A DNA stretch of 64,000 bases from Styela clava (lineage: Eukaryota), in NCBI RefSeq assembly GCF_964204865.1, contig NC_135254.1, positions 10,726,001 through 10,790,000 of the forward strand, read 5' to 3'. A program made the position numbers and the translations under genes. The notes beneath the pieces were generated by a model, which searched no databases, had not been told where the DNA came from, and saw only the letters and a program-made list of their open reading frames with translations. Positions 27,410 to 41,100 of this stretch are shown in pieces (position 1 is the stretch's first letter; each line of letters starts with the position of its first letter).

Positions 27410-29015
27410 TGGTGGCCCATCGTTGTCACGTGTAAAATTTAAAAAAAAAATGAAAAAATAAAATGAAAAAGCAAAAATAAAAAAATAGTTGTGAAAAAAC
27501 ACAAAAATAATTGAAAAAAAAGAAATAAAAAAAAATTGAAATTAAAAAAAAAATTGAAAAATAAAACAAAAAATAAAAAATAAAAAATAAATTAAAAAAA
27601 AAAAAAATTAAAAAAAAAAAAAATTGAAAAAAAAATTGGATAAAAAGAAAATAAAAAGGTTGACAACGATGGTCCGCCTCGTGGCCTATCGTTGTCACGC
27701 GTTTTTATTTTTGGAAAATTTGATGCTGCTTGGGACCAACGTTGTCAGGCTTAATCCTACACGCACAAATGTGTTTCCTGGGTTTCTAACTCACTACTGA
27801 TTTTCATGAGCACTATCCAATAAATTCAACATGAAAATGTTCTATAAATTCTCCATGCTACAAGTTCAACCACAAGCAATATATTTATAATAATGATAAG
27901 AGAATATAGAATTGGATACGAAAATTTGTTTTTACGTGTAGAAGGTAATTTAATTGGAAAATGCTGCTTAACTGCTCAGACACTCGTGCGATGCCGGTAC
28001 GGTACCGTCTGACCGTACCCATGCAATCACTCGTGAAAGAATGGGAGATACGGATAGTCTCGTAGAATATAGTCTACTGAAACACTCTCTGCGCCTGCCC
28101 CATACCGTACAGCCGTAACGTACCGATCCAGACAAATGATAAATCGCCCGTGCTCAACCATTTATTTCAATCCATACCTCGACTCACTATATTCTACTAG
28201 GATCGAGGTATGGATTGAAATAAATGGTTGAGCACGGGCGATTTATCATTTGTCTGGATCGGTACGTTACGGCTGTACGGTATGGGGCAGGCGCAGAGAG
28301 TGTTTCCGTATTCTATATTCTACGAGACTATCCGTATCTCCCATTCTTTCATGAGTGATTGTATGGTTAACGGTACGGTCAGACGCAAAGCGACTATAAC
28401 CGACTACCGGTATTTGGTAAGACGGTACGGTACCGGCATCGCGAGTGTTCAGACAACTGAGTAGTTAAGCAGCATTCTCCAATTAAATTACCTTATACAC
28501 GTAAAAACAAATTTTCCGAACTTTCGTATTCAATTCTATATTCTCTTATCATTATTATAAATATATTACTTCTTGTTGAACTTGTAGCATGGAGAATTTA
28601 TAGAACATTTTCATATTGAATATTGCTCAAGAAAATCAGTAGTGAGTTTGAAACCCAGGGAACACATTTGTGCGCGTAGGATTATGCCTGACAACGTTGG
28701 TCCCAAGCAGAAGCAAATTTTCTAAAAATAAAAACGCGTGACAACGATGGGCCACGAGGCGGACCATCGTTGTCAACCTTTTTANNNNNNNNNNNNNNNN
28801 NNNNNNNNNNNNNNNNNNNNNNNNNNNNNNNNNNNNNNNNNNNNNNNNNNNNNNNNNNNNNNNNNNNNNNNNNNNNNNNNNNNNNNNNNNNNNNNNNNNN
28901 NNNNNNNNNNNNNNNNNNNNNATTATTTTTATGTTTTTTCACAACAATTTTTTTATTTTCGGTTTTTTATTTTATTTTTATTTTCAATTTTACGCGTGAC
29001 AACGATGGGCCACCA
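27410..29015. mobile_element. ~1.6-kb foldback (whole-element palindrome) DNA transposon
   Basis: Ends ta|tggtggcccatcgttgtcacg...cgtgacaacgatgggccacca|ta. The arms pair inward to a ~20-nt loop at 28183-28202, with an A-rich tract mirrored by a T-rich tract and repeated ccatcgttgtca subterminal motifs. Confidence 0.88.
28785..28921. other. Assembly gap (N run)
   Basis: 137 Ns, located where the T-rich mirror of the 27434-27657 A-rich tract is expected. Confidence 0.99.
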
Positions 29016-29583
29016 TACATATCATTTAAGTACGGTATTTAAATTATGCGCAAATAATTAAAATTTGATCTAAATTTGTCGCAAATAATGTTACAACATT
29101 CAGGCCGCGAAATGATTTAATGTAAAATGAAGCATGGTAATCGGAATAACGTCAATAAGTCGGCATCAATAATTATTATAAAATGCTGACTAGGTAGTAA
29201 AGTCGAATAATGTTAAAAACGGTGCAATAACAAGTCTTCGTCCCGAAGCAAGCGCAAGTATAATCAAACGAGAGAATACGCTCGTCGTGGCATTGATAAA
29301 TTGGAAACCCGACACGAAATACCTGCGATGCCTGCTGATGCTTTAATACAAGCAGTTCAAATCAATGATATAATGAGCATAATCATGTGCAGTAAATCCT
29401 GACATAGTTACAATTTACTAAATTGGCGTTAAAATATATAAATAGTTATTTGCAAAAAGATTATGACTCTTGTGCTTTACAAAGTTCCGACAACCATTTA
29501 TTGCATAAAAGATTAAGCTGTATTCACAAAAAATACATAATCTACAAATTAAGTATAAATTTATCACAAACAAAGTTTGTTAC

Positions 29584-30400
29584 CGATTGATCGTTGACAG
29601 ACAAATCCAGTTGGCGCATTCGCAGCGCATACCACGTCATACCACGGTAGATTTGCATTGTACGTGAGAAACCACCCAATAGCAACACAAAGTTCAAGTG
29701 CATAATTAGAAGGTTCTCCTGTGTTCCAGATAGTGTAAGTTAGTTCCGAATTGTCATTCCATATGAAGGTATTACTTGTGCCAACTTTCTTCAATACAAT
29801 ATAAAATCCATAGGGTTGTCCTGTGGATAATTAAATGCCTTAGCTTAGAGTAATAATAAGTTTTGTTGTGTGTAATATTTGCCGTATATAACCATGGCTG
29901 ATTGGGGCTGTTGAACATAATTGGAAACATGTGCGAACACTTGTATACTGATGAATTAAGAATTCATAAACCAACGTATGGGGATTTCTCGCGCAAATCC
30001 CCAAACCGATGAGCAAAAGATTCTAATGATCATGATGATAAATAACCTCAAGCAAATTCATTCAGGGATTCAAGATAAAACGTGAAATGTCCTATTTACC
30101 TGAGGTAGCTGAGACTTGATTCTGAATAAACGTTTGAATCTCGCTCGTTTTTTTCATTGCCATCTCACCATCATTGTTTTTACAGAATGTTTCAGCATCA
30201 GCATATGGTTTTATATCATCTTTTCAGGATACGTAGTATTGGTAACTTCCAAATGCATTCCACTCACCTCTACCTGGTTCGCAAAAATAAAGAGTTTATG
30301 AATAAGCACATAATATGAAAGACCGGATGATACACGATATATACCAACCTGCGTTAACGACGGCAATCATCCAAGCAAATATCAAAAGTTGCTCTTTCAT
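29584..30400 (-). pseudogene. Truncated CTLD receptor pseudogene (SP + CTLD1 exons only)
   Basis: Exons 30400-30349 (12-nt deletion in SP), 30273-30100 (in-frame TGA at 30226-30224 where paralogs have GGA) and 29820-29584. Downstream exons are missing beyond the foldback element. Confidence 0.85.
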
Positions 30401-32407
30401 TTCCGCGGCTAATTATCCAACATTTCCAACTTACCCATTAACATTTTAATTTGAATGTAAAAATTAAAATAAAACAAGGATGATATCTATTTGCGAGCTG
30501 AAAACGTTGTAAACTTCTTCGTCACAAAAATGAGAATATTCAAAAAAGTGTTTGCGTAAGAACCAGTATGGAAAACTAACGACATAAACTTTTCTTGACA
30601 ATATTAAAACATCAAAAACTACGGACTGATTTAGCACTCCTCTTTCAAAGCTAATAATACAACATTATGCCATACTTATGAATGAATGATTTGATTGTCC
30701 ACAATAGCATTAAATATAGGTATTCAACAATCTTCGATCTTATTTTCAGTACACTGCAAATAATTATCAAATTTCTAGCCGCATTAATTTTAGTTTCAGA
30801 AGAGTAATGCAGATCGACTTGCCAGAATGAAATCATAAGCAATATGATCTGACATTTCTTATTATAGAATAACTAGGCCTAATGTGAGTAATGAAGTTAA
30901 CATTTTTACACATTTAAAAATAAAGCGTTTGTGGGGGACAGAAAGAGTAAAACTTACTATCATGAGTGGGACATTTCGATAACCTTTTATTACAACGTTT
31001 TTTAAATGACAGCAAAGCGATGATTAATGAAGAATATGCTGCAGAAGAAGATACCTACTACAAAGCTCATCAGCAATGTTATGATATTATCTAGTCACTT
31101 ATGTTCGTGTTATATATTGAGGAAATCTTATTCATACAGAAACATAGTGGCATTTTAAAAAATGACAAAACTCGGATATCAAAATGTAAAAATTATAACA
31201 GGGTTGGCCTAATGCTATTTAGTTGAGATTTGAACGAAACAATTAGTTTCTATTCTAAAAATAAATATATGTATTATATTTTAATGTGAAATAAAAATAA
31301 TATCGTTTAGTGACATTTCACACACATTTGGTTTTCATAAATGAATAGTGAGTTGCGAAAATAAAATTGCAAAACTCCTAAATGCAAGTATATACAAGTG
31401 TTATAGTGATCACTGGCTCGGAGATATCTTTATGCTGTATTGTAATAAATACGGATAAGTGTGTTCCTATATTTCATAAAAATGTCTTTTTATGCATTAT
31501 AATAAAACCGTTAAATTTGAGGTGAGATAGCGGGTTTTGCAATTTTTAGGTACTGGGAATCAGAAATCGATTAGTTGGAGTTCAACTACACCAAATTAGC
31601 CTTGGGTTCATCACTACAACATGGACAACAACAGTAATTTAGAAAAACGATTTATAAGTCCATTTCGTGTTCACAATTTGCACGGGGCTCTATTGCATTC
31701 AAATATTTATTTTTGATTGTTACTTCAGATTTCAAGTTTAGACACCTTGCTGTCATCCTCTGTGTGCCAACAACAAACTGCCCGTCAGGCGATAATGTTA
31801 CTTGAGCATAGCGATCAATTAGACTTCTTTTGTCACAATGACATATTCATCACCATCACCAATAACTCTCCTTTGTATTCTATTCTGCCTTCTGACTGCC
31901 GTGGTCTTATCAATTTCCTGGTATACATCTTGTTCAAATGATTTAAAACTTGGATTGACCGGTGTTGCAACCTTATTAATGTAGTCATCTTCAAGACTCC
32001 CTACTTCAGCTAGAGATGGACGGAGTGCGGTCGAAACTACTTAGATTGTTGATTCACTTTGTATTTCAGCGAAAATTTCGTTTCGACTTTCCACAGAAGA
32101 ATTTCTATCGTCTGTTAATATTGGTATTGCAGGTAAAATCATATTCTGTATGAAAGATTTATTCTTATTTGAATCATTGTTGAAACTTTCTTTAGTTCTC
32201 CGGGATTCTTCGGTCTCTGTAGATTTTTTGCTCGTATTCTATTGCACTGTATTGCATAATATCATTTCCGATTTTTATGCCTGTGGCTTTGGGTGAAGTC
32301 GGCAAAATACTGCGCTACAATATTTTGATTTTGCTAATATTTTTGATCTTACTTCTCATTGAATTTTGTTTTGTTAGGATAACTTAAGGGGGCAGTACAA
32401 CCTATAA

Positions 32408-33665
32408 CAGGGATGGTGAACCTTTTTCGACGAATGGGTCAAAAATTATTTTTTTATCACGGAACAGAAGAGTGTGGGTCACAAATAGTTAATCAATGTT
32501 AGTATCTATAAGAAACTTGCTGCTGCATCCTATCTTTCAAATCTTATAAGCTTCGGTTGGTGTTGTGTAGCTTTGGGCTTTATTTATGCAGCACTTCAAC
32601 CAGAGACTACTGGACTGTTTATGACACTCGATTTTATGAAATTCATGTACAAAAACACGCATATTATGAATTACCCAAAAACGTTTAGAATGAAGCGGCA
32701 AATTATTTTGCGCACCAAAGAGTTTGGAGGGAATTCCACTTTGATAGAGTTATAGTTTTCGATTGGCTTTCAACCAGATTATGGTACTTTCACACTGCCA
32801 CCATTGTTGTTTCAGATTTCTAGGTCCTCATTTTGAGTCTAACAGATTTCGTTTCCTCCACGACATTGTAGGCGAGAAACTAATGAATGCAAAGTAGCAT
32901 CTAGTTTTCGTATACCCTAAACTAAACAGTCTGCAGTGCCTTTTTGGTTCACGTGAATGAACGCTGTAACACAGTGGTTCTCAACCTTTTACTGACCGCG
33001 TACCACTTTTGTGTTTTTACCATGGCCGCATACCACCGACAAAACCGCTTTTGTGGCGGGGAACAATGACACAAGAAACGCTCTATGGTACTATTTTATG
33101 TGGCACTACATCCATTTTTAGAGCTTCGTGCAAAGTTTCAACGTAATAATTATATGCAGTAACAACGTAATAATTGCGTGCAAAATCACGAGAGAATTTG
33201 CGTCGTTTATCGTCGGCTCTAATCATCGTCATCACTGAATTATCGCAAAACTCGGACAAATACACTTCGGTCGGCACTAGCAGCTATCCGGAACTGCCTA
33301 ATCTAGTCTTCAAATTATTTGGACTCAAAAGTCAAGATTATGTCGATCAGCCAATACATACATCAGACAGTAATAGTAACATATTTATGATGTATTTAGG
33401 CAGGGGTGAAAACGTGCGTCCAAGATTGGGAGTTCTGAAATTACCATACCGATCCGGAAATTTGTATTTGGGCGTTCGCAGGCCTGGCTGCCCAACTGAC
33501 GTTACATTATGTAGTTTACTTATTGTTAACTTTGTTTGAAGCCGGTTTTATCAATTTTTATCACTTATAAGTTAGTATGTTTTTATTTCATTCGTGCCTT
33601 GGCGGGTCACCGAAAAACACGGTCGGTCACTTTGTGACCCGCGGGTCAGTGGTTCGCCATCCCTG
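32408..33665. mobile_element. Non-autonomous hAT element (1258 bp), probably with a nested second hAT end at ~32972
   Basis: Perfect 8-bp TSD acctataa; 15-bp TIR cagggatggtgaacc / ggttcgccatccctg; empty site at 16552-16559. Confidence 0.93.
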
Positions 33666-34176
33666 ACCTATAATGACACAGTTTTCATTTCCGCCATTAT
33701 TATTGGGTTCTCCAGTAATTCATGTTTCTTAAGATTCAGCGTTATTTCTCACTTCCTGTAAACTAATCAAAAAGCCATATGGTTTTTCTGTGCAACAAAT
33801 TTTTGTTGTTAAAATTTGGTCGATTATTATGAGCTACAATAAATCTTTGTCGTTAAGACTTCGTTGATTTTTACAGAAAATTGTTTAAAAAAGAATAAAC
33901 GATTCACATTTTTAGGTAAGGTAAGTATATTTATAAAATAAATACACCAAGTCGTAGACACAGCTTTGCTTGTTAAAGTTAGTTCAAGCTAAAATAATAT
34001 CCAATAATTCAGAAACATCAAAATTAAACAAATTTTTATCAGCTATATAACATAGCTTTCGTCACATTTTCAGAAATTTTAGGTCAAATTTATTACTACG
34101 CATTTTCAATACTGAATGACGGCTACACGAAAAACATCAAGAAAGGAGTATTCGCTCAATGTCATAGCCTATACAA

Positions 34177-34503
34177 CAGTGGTAACCAAACTATTTAGTA
34201 CTCATTAGTACTCATAGAGGCGTTTAGTACTCATGGTCCCCTATTTATCGTTCCAGCAGTATTTTATTTTGTAGTGTTATTTTGATTGGTAGATTCCAAA
34301 TCCCATCATGTTCAAACAATTCAAACTCAACAAAGTGAAAATAAAATACCTTGTGAAATACCTTTAACGGTCAATGAAATTAGGAAAAACTTGAAATTTC
34401 CATGTAAAGGAAAAAGTAAAATCAGAGTTGAGTCTAGCATGGTGGCCCCCTCCAACTGCTCTGTAGCCTTTGTAAACCACAGGTCATAGGTTGGAAACTG
34501 CTG
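34177..34503. mobile_element. hAT-type MITE
   Basis: 8-bp TSD ctatacaa; imperfect TIR cagtggtaaccaaac / gttggaaactgctg. Confidence 0.75.
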
Positions 34504-37500
34504 CTATACAATATAATCATGCCTGAGTCCGGGATCACAAGACTAGGAATAAAATTTAGCGTTTCGCTTGTTTTACCAAGAGCATCCCACCCTGTTGTAT
34601 ACAAAAGTTTTTACTTTTGTCGAAACTCCTTATGTCATCAGCTTTAGATACATAATATTCGATATTTTTATAGTCTCTGCCAACTCCCACGACGATCTAT
34701 TTAGAGAAAAAACTTTGGTACACTGGTTGTGTACATTAAAATTTATATAAAAAAAAACTCAATCGTCTTTTGGTTTTCAAAAATTTGAGATTAATATTTT
34801 TGAAAAATCATTTTCTCTGGCTACTGTTTAATAATTTCGTAAACTTTTTCAAATACCTTTGAAAAATACAACATATTTGGAGATGTATTTTTTTTAATTT
34901 TTGAACAACGTTTAATTTTAACATTGTAATTATTTCCATCATCGTTGTTATATTGAGTGTCAAACTGGAACAATTTCTCGAGTGCAGAATACATGTTTTG
35001 AAGAGAATCGACTTACATATATCACGTACCTTGGACAGAAGTAAATTCATAAAGGTTCGTGCTTTGAGTTGTTTTTGTTGATCGGGTTGATATAATGTAT
35101 GTCGATGCCGTTGAAAAGATTTTGTCCACCATATAGTTTGGGAACTGGTTTTATCCGATGTCCATATTGCCTCTAGAGTTGTCTGCTGGACTGATTGGTT
35201 GACGGAAGTGCAAAGCAAAAACAGTCTCCTTATCATAAACTGTTGGGGCGATGTTGTCAGCGTTGGCTGTTGTCGATTCGTCCCACCCAAAACCAGATGA
35301 GCCAAGAACAGCTATTTAAAAAATCACAACAACTAAGCTTCAACATTTTTGATACTTGATTCATTCAGAGTAATTTTTCATAAAAACACGAAAACCCTTT
35401 CCCTTATTTATTATTTATTTCACATCTTCGATTCTAGAAAGTAAATATTTGGTGCTATCTAAATCTATATTCTGCAAATTTTTTGATTTATATTCACAGT
35501 ATTGCAAAACTCTTACTTGTAAATTTCATGACACAGAAGATCCAGTAGCAGAAGAAGAATTTCTACGTTTACGTCAACATATATAATAAAATCTCAATAA
35601 TAACTTGAAATCCCTTTTTATCTTGAACTACCAATCAAAAAATTTGCGCACGTGTATCCAGCTCAAATCGTTTTATCCTGCCTCCTACAAACCCTATCCA
35701 ATCGTCTTATATATTTCACAGACCTACAAAATATTGCATGTCCTGTTACTTCCCTGTATTGCCCTATTTTAAAGATATAACTTTAATCCTTCTCAGCGAT
35801 TAATGAACAGAATTTATGTATGCAAAATGGATATATTTTTTCAGTTTCATGAAGTTTACACATCCCAATCGTTTACATTATTTGTTTTAACGTATTTTCT
35901 ATACGTAGTTTCTACATCACCACGCTTTCCTATTCTTGCTAATATACGTACATGCATGCAGCTATACGTAATGTTTTTTTGAGTCGATAAATTTATAACA
36001 AGACATTTACACAAAGTGAATTATATGAAAAAGAGATGGTAAAATTTTAGAGATCTTACAGTAAGTTTCTTATTGTTCACACTTGTTCTGGCATATGTAA
36101 CACCAAAGTAATCAATTGTATTAGTGGACAAGAGCCCTCTCCTAAATTTATTGTATGTTTTTTCACATATGTGACTTTTGGTCAAATACAACTATATAAA
36201 ATTAAACTCAGTTACTTTGTAGCTTCATTCAACAAATCTTGTAACATGGCCCTGATTAGGTAACAAAATTTTGGACAAATATTGGCTGTGACCTCCAAGT
36301 CAGGAAGTTTGATTAAAATTTATATGAATTTACAACGAAAGCTATATATGTGAAGGTAAACTAGTAATATATATTTGCGAAATGCGTTTTAAATTCAATG
36401 TTAGAATAAAATAAATTCAAATTAGTAAACAATTCTCCGACCAACTTTATCGCATATGTATATTTGAATAAATGTCAAATTTTAACACGATTGTCAGCTC
36501 TACCACTAGAATCAGAGGAAATTGAGTTTTGTATATTTCATACCTTTATTGCGAGATTTAATAGATAAAACGGAAAAATTGGATTTGATAAAAACACCCA
36601 TCGATTAAATAAAATTGGTAGTGTAAATTTTTATATCTTGGAATGAAACATTGTTACCAAGTCGAAAAAGGCAATGTTATGCATGATTGAAAAGTATGGA
36701 TTCAGCTTTATTTATGGAATCTTATGAATCATTTTTTTTTTCTGTTTTATCAGTGTATATATTATATAAAGCGGTATGAGGCAGAACAGCGTAACATATT
36801 CGAAAACTAAAAAATAGACAAAATTTACGGTAAAAATAACTTGAAAAACCCTTCCAGGTAACCAGACAAATTAATATTGCTCCCAATACATGTTTATATC
36901 ATGGTATCAAAGTAGATATAATTTATAAGATTTGAACAACGACGGCGTTTTGTCTAATAACCGATCCGGGTCCGATCTGTAAATAGTTAACCAAGTAATC
37001 GTTCCAAATGCACAACGTGAAAGCAACACGATACTTTCCATTGGATTTGGATCGAAATTCTGCTTTACTGCTTGTTTGTTTCATTGAAGAAGAATATCGT
37101 GACAATTTTTCAAGTTTCGTTCACACCTTCAATGAAAATAACGCTTTGGTAAAGCAGTTTGAATTGGATTGTTCAAATTCATAATTATTTTACAAAATTA
37201 ATTGAAGTAAATTCATTGTGAATTTAACTTATATATTGGTACTATGTTGACCTTTTTGTCAGTTTTCTTTCGTAAATTGTCGACGATGGGGCGAAGTTGT
37301 TGAGCCTTCATCATTCAATCAATTTAAAACAAACTTCAAAATTATTATCGTAAAGTTAATTGGGATTAGAAAATCAAAATACCTTTTCAAAAATCAAAGC
37401 AGGAGCAGTTTATAATCAACCCGGGGCGCTCCATAGGTGTGTGTGTGTATCAATATGGAAGTAGCTGAATTCATTCGGCTACTTTACATAAAGTTGTGTG

Positions 37501-38125
37501 AATGTACTGAAACCTATGGACAGAGGGCATGTTCACTTGGCTAACACAGACAGTCCCAATCTCGCAATAGAACTAAAATAGGGGGAAATCGGAATAATAT
37601 TATGGCCTAACCCTAACCTGGTACACACACTACGGGAGTAGCCAACCAGATGTATAACATAATATTAGATAATCAACAGTTACTTCCAGAAGCAACATGG
37701 CTCGTAGTTGGGTAAGCATTAGTAGGTTTATTCATCAGTCTGAACCTGTTTTTCTGCTACTAATCCAATAAATATGTGATATTGATTATAGTTTAATTTA
37801 ACTTTCCCACCCTTATTTAATATTGTCAATATTTGCATATGGGTCATCGTTTACTTCAATGTCAGCCCCTTCAGCATCTCCTGTGACATCGGAATTCTGA
37901 TCTGTTACAGGTTTATTGACCGTTGCATAAGTTACTTCATTGAAGTTTGAAGAATCATCTTTTTTGGGTTTCTGTACAACAGCAAGGGTCCCTTTATTGA
38001 GTTTCTGATGCATCTGCCGAATCCAAATCTTTTGAGGATTTGGATAACTTTTTCGATTTTGTCTTGTTTACAGCAGTATATATAGCATTGGCGTTGCCTT
38101 CTGGGGTCACATCGTTTATCTGATT

Positions 38126-41100
38126 CTAATGGTTATCGGCAATGACGTAGAGGAAATCTTGCCCGTTTGATGAGTCGACTTGATCTTCGAATAAGAGAGA
38201 ATTATTGTCTGCCTGTCCATCAGGGTTTGCAAACGTCTGATAACGAAGAGTTTCCGTATTTTGAGAATTGTCTCGACCTGATTCCACATCTTCGGGATCT
38301 GTAGCAGTAAAACATGTTAGTGATATATATTAATATGAAGCAGCTGTTTTGACACACTTGAAGCATTTTCGTTTGGAGGAGTTGGAAAATAGGTCGGAGC
38401 CATTCAGATTAACTGACTACAGATTTGAATACGGACTCATACACGCTATTACCTACCCGAGTTACCTATATTAATATAATTACCAAAACTGAATGCATGA
38501 TAAAGTTCATTAGAAACAACAATTCTGAATTTTTACGTGGAAAGATTCTATTTAGTATCGGTTGGTATCGTTGCAACAGGATGTGATTTAAATGTAACAT
38601 CTTATCTTGTTTTACGCTTCTCTGTGTAGTATTCCTATATGCTATATATTCTCAATATATTTCCCACAAAATCACTTTTTTCCCATTAGGCATATAGTTC
38701 AAATAAGATAATCATATGGTGCACATAGAATTGAGTATTCCTTTTTGTTTGTCATACATTTACTAGCATGTGGTAGACAGAAAGTATAAGAATTCATCAA
38801 CCCAGATAGAATACGTTGACGTAATACTTTAAATGAAGCTACATTAACATACGATCTGACATTATATCTCTCGGATTAAGTTGAATTTCCATTTCTAACC
38901 TTTTATTGTAATTGCCGCGCTCTCCTGTGTTTATGATTCCGCGGCCTCTTCTGAAAGCAAAACTTCAGATTATATACATTCTCTGTGAAATGAGCGAACC
39001 CTTAAAAGAATATTTGATATTTGTTCACTATTCATAGGAGATGTAATGTCATAATGTTGGATATATCACCTCTTTTTGAGTTGCTTTAAAAGTATAAAAA
39101 CAACGATAAGCGCTAAAAGAAGAAATCCTCCGATAGTTCCCACGACTGGTCCAATGATTGATGTTTGTGCAGCGGGTGTAGATGGACGAAGAATACCAAT
39201 CGTCGAACTGTCAGGAATTTCTGTGTGAGATAATATAGAAATTGATATCAGTACAATATAAATGATCAGAAATCTAATTTAATACATTATGTTCATTTAG
39301 ACAAGCTAACACATTTTCGCGAGCTGAAATTGAATTTGAAATATTTTGCAACGCTCACATTTGAAAATTATTCGTACGAAAGTTATTTGACTGCTTCATC
39401 TTGATTGTATGTTAACATTTAAGCATTCTAATTGGTTTTTTCAATGATCGAATGTTGGCCACGTTCTCGCGTGCATATTAGTAAAGGACTCAATTCTACA
39501 AAAGGCGAAACTAACCTATAAACTTATGACTTGGTATGCTAAACGATTGCTAATGCCGTTATAATTATCCCACGTTCCGTTTGTTGGTATTATTTAAGTT
39601 TGGTTTCATTGCAGATTTTGCCAATATTAACTCTGATCAAATGTATATTGTTGCTTATTTGCAGCTAATAGTATGAGGTCAAGCCCGTAAAATTATAAAT
39701 CGCAGTTTTTTTGGCGCGATTCTCATTTTTAGAAAGTGACTTGAGTTAAAAGAAAGATATGAATGAAGTATTCCTAATTCTGCTACCGGAGAGTATAAAT
39801 TGATTTTGTCCTCAAAGTGAATTATGACTTCCATGTTTGCGTTTTGTGACATTACATTTATATTGTGACGACCCGTTTACATTTTTACTTAAATAGCGCG
39901 CCTCATATTAAACTCAAATACGCTAATATGTGAATAATATGTAAAAAAAATTTAGATTTTGTAATCTTCTCTGCTTTGAAATATATAATCTTTGTGAAAT
40001 TTACTCGACGTTTCGTCTTCAGTTGACGATTCAAAAGTAGCAATCTTTTGCGTCTTTGTTTGTTCCATAGTGGGTTTCATAGTGCTTTTATGTTCTGTCG
40101 TCGTTGCGGTTGTAACACTAATTGAAGTTGCGTGTTGATTGCTGCTAGATTCTGGATTGGTAGTGATTGTAGACTTATGATCAAAGCTCGTAGTGGCGAC
40201 AGTAGACGTGGAATCAGTTTTTGTGGGAGTGGAAAAAGATTGAGTAATTTTTCCTGTCGTTGTTTCCATTACCGTTGTTGCCGTAGACAAAATTGGCGAT
40301 GTCACTTCGAAATTACTTCCTTGGCTTGTTTCGCTCGTTGATTGTATCATTGTATTTGTAGGGATTGTGGTTTCCAATAAGCTACTTGTTATTCCACCGC
40401 TATCAGAAGATGTCATTTTATTTGCCATCGTCGTTCTACTCTCATTTGTCTGTGCGAGGGACATGGGGGATGGCCCTGTAATCGTCGTGCTTTCTGTATT
40501 AACAAAGTGGCTGTCCATCCCTGTGGTTGTCGTTGGTTCGGGGAGATGAATAGTTGACTGGGTTAAATTTATGCCCATTTCTTCAGGGCTGTTAATTTTA
40601 GTTTCAGATGTGAATTGGAAGGTCACTGTCGTCATTTGGTCTTGTTCAGTTTCTGCGAGTGAAGAAAATGTGCCTTGCAAGTTAGAGGTTGCATTTGTAA
40701 CAACATTATTTTTCTCTGTAGAACCGGTAGTTATTACGTCGGTGGTTAACTTACCAGTTGTAATTAATGAAAATGTTGTTTCCGCAACAGTAGTTGTGTA
40801 ACAAGTTGGGTCTTTTGTACAATTTGCAGTCTGTTAAAAATATTGAATCAAACTAAGGGAAAATTGAAATTGATCACTATTAATAATTCCCAAACATTAC
40901 TTTTAAATGGCAAAAGTTTCTGTATCATACCCGGAAAGCATTAATATTTTCAATATATATACACAGGATATGATATAGTATCACTCTGATTCTTCCACCG
41001 CCAAAACGATTTGATCATGCCGTGGAAATAAGTTCTACGATATATTATTTTGAGGTTCAAGATCATCTCTAACATGCTAAAGTAGATTATTCCGAATGGA

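Larger units (their letters stand above)
31660..35580 (-). pseudogene. Longer pseudogene of the third receptor class (SP-like, Thr-rich, CTLD and tail remnants)
   Basis: Hydrophobic SP-like exon ~35580-35515; phase 1-1 exon 35311-35030 with one TAA; frameshifted CTLD-a exon 34696-34523 (YKNIEYYVSKADDIRSFDKSKNFCIQQGGML...KTSETLNFI); partial CTLD-b ~33789-33670 fused to tail sequence 32400-31660. Confidence 0.7.

Noticed and set aside
27426-29061. ORFs rich in F/K/X around the foldback element
   Set aside because: They are translations of A/T-rich tracts, N runs and palindrome arms.
34808-35305. 165-aa ORF as a real gene
   Set aside because: It is an alternative frame over a pseudo-exon (35311-35030) bounded by AG/GT in another frame.
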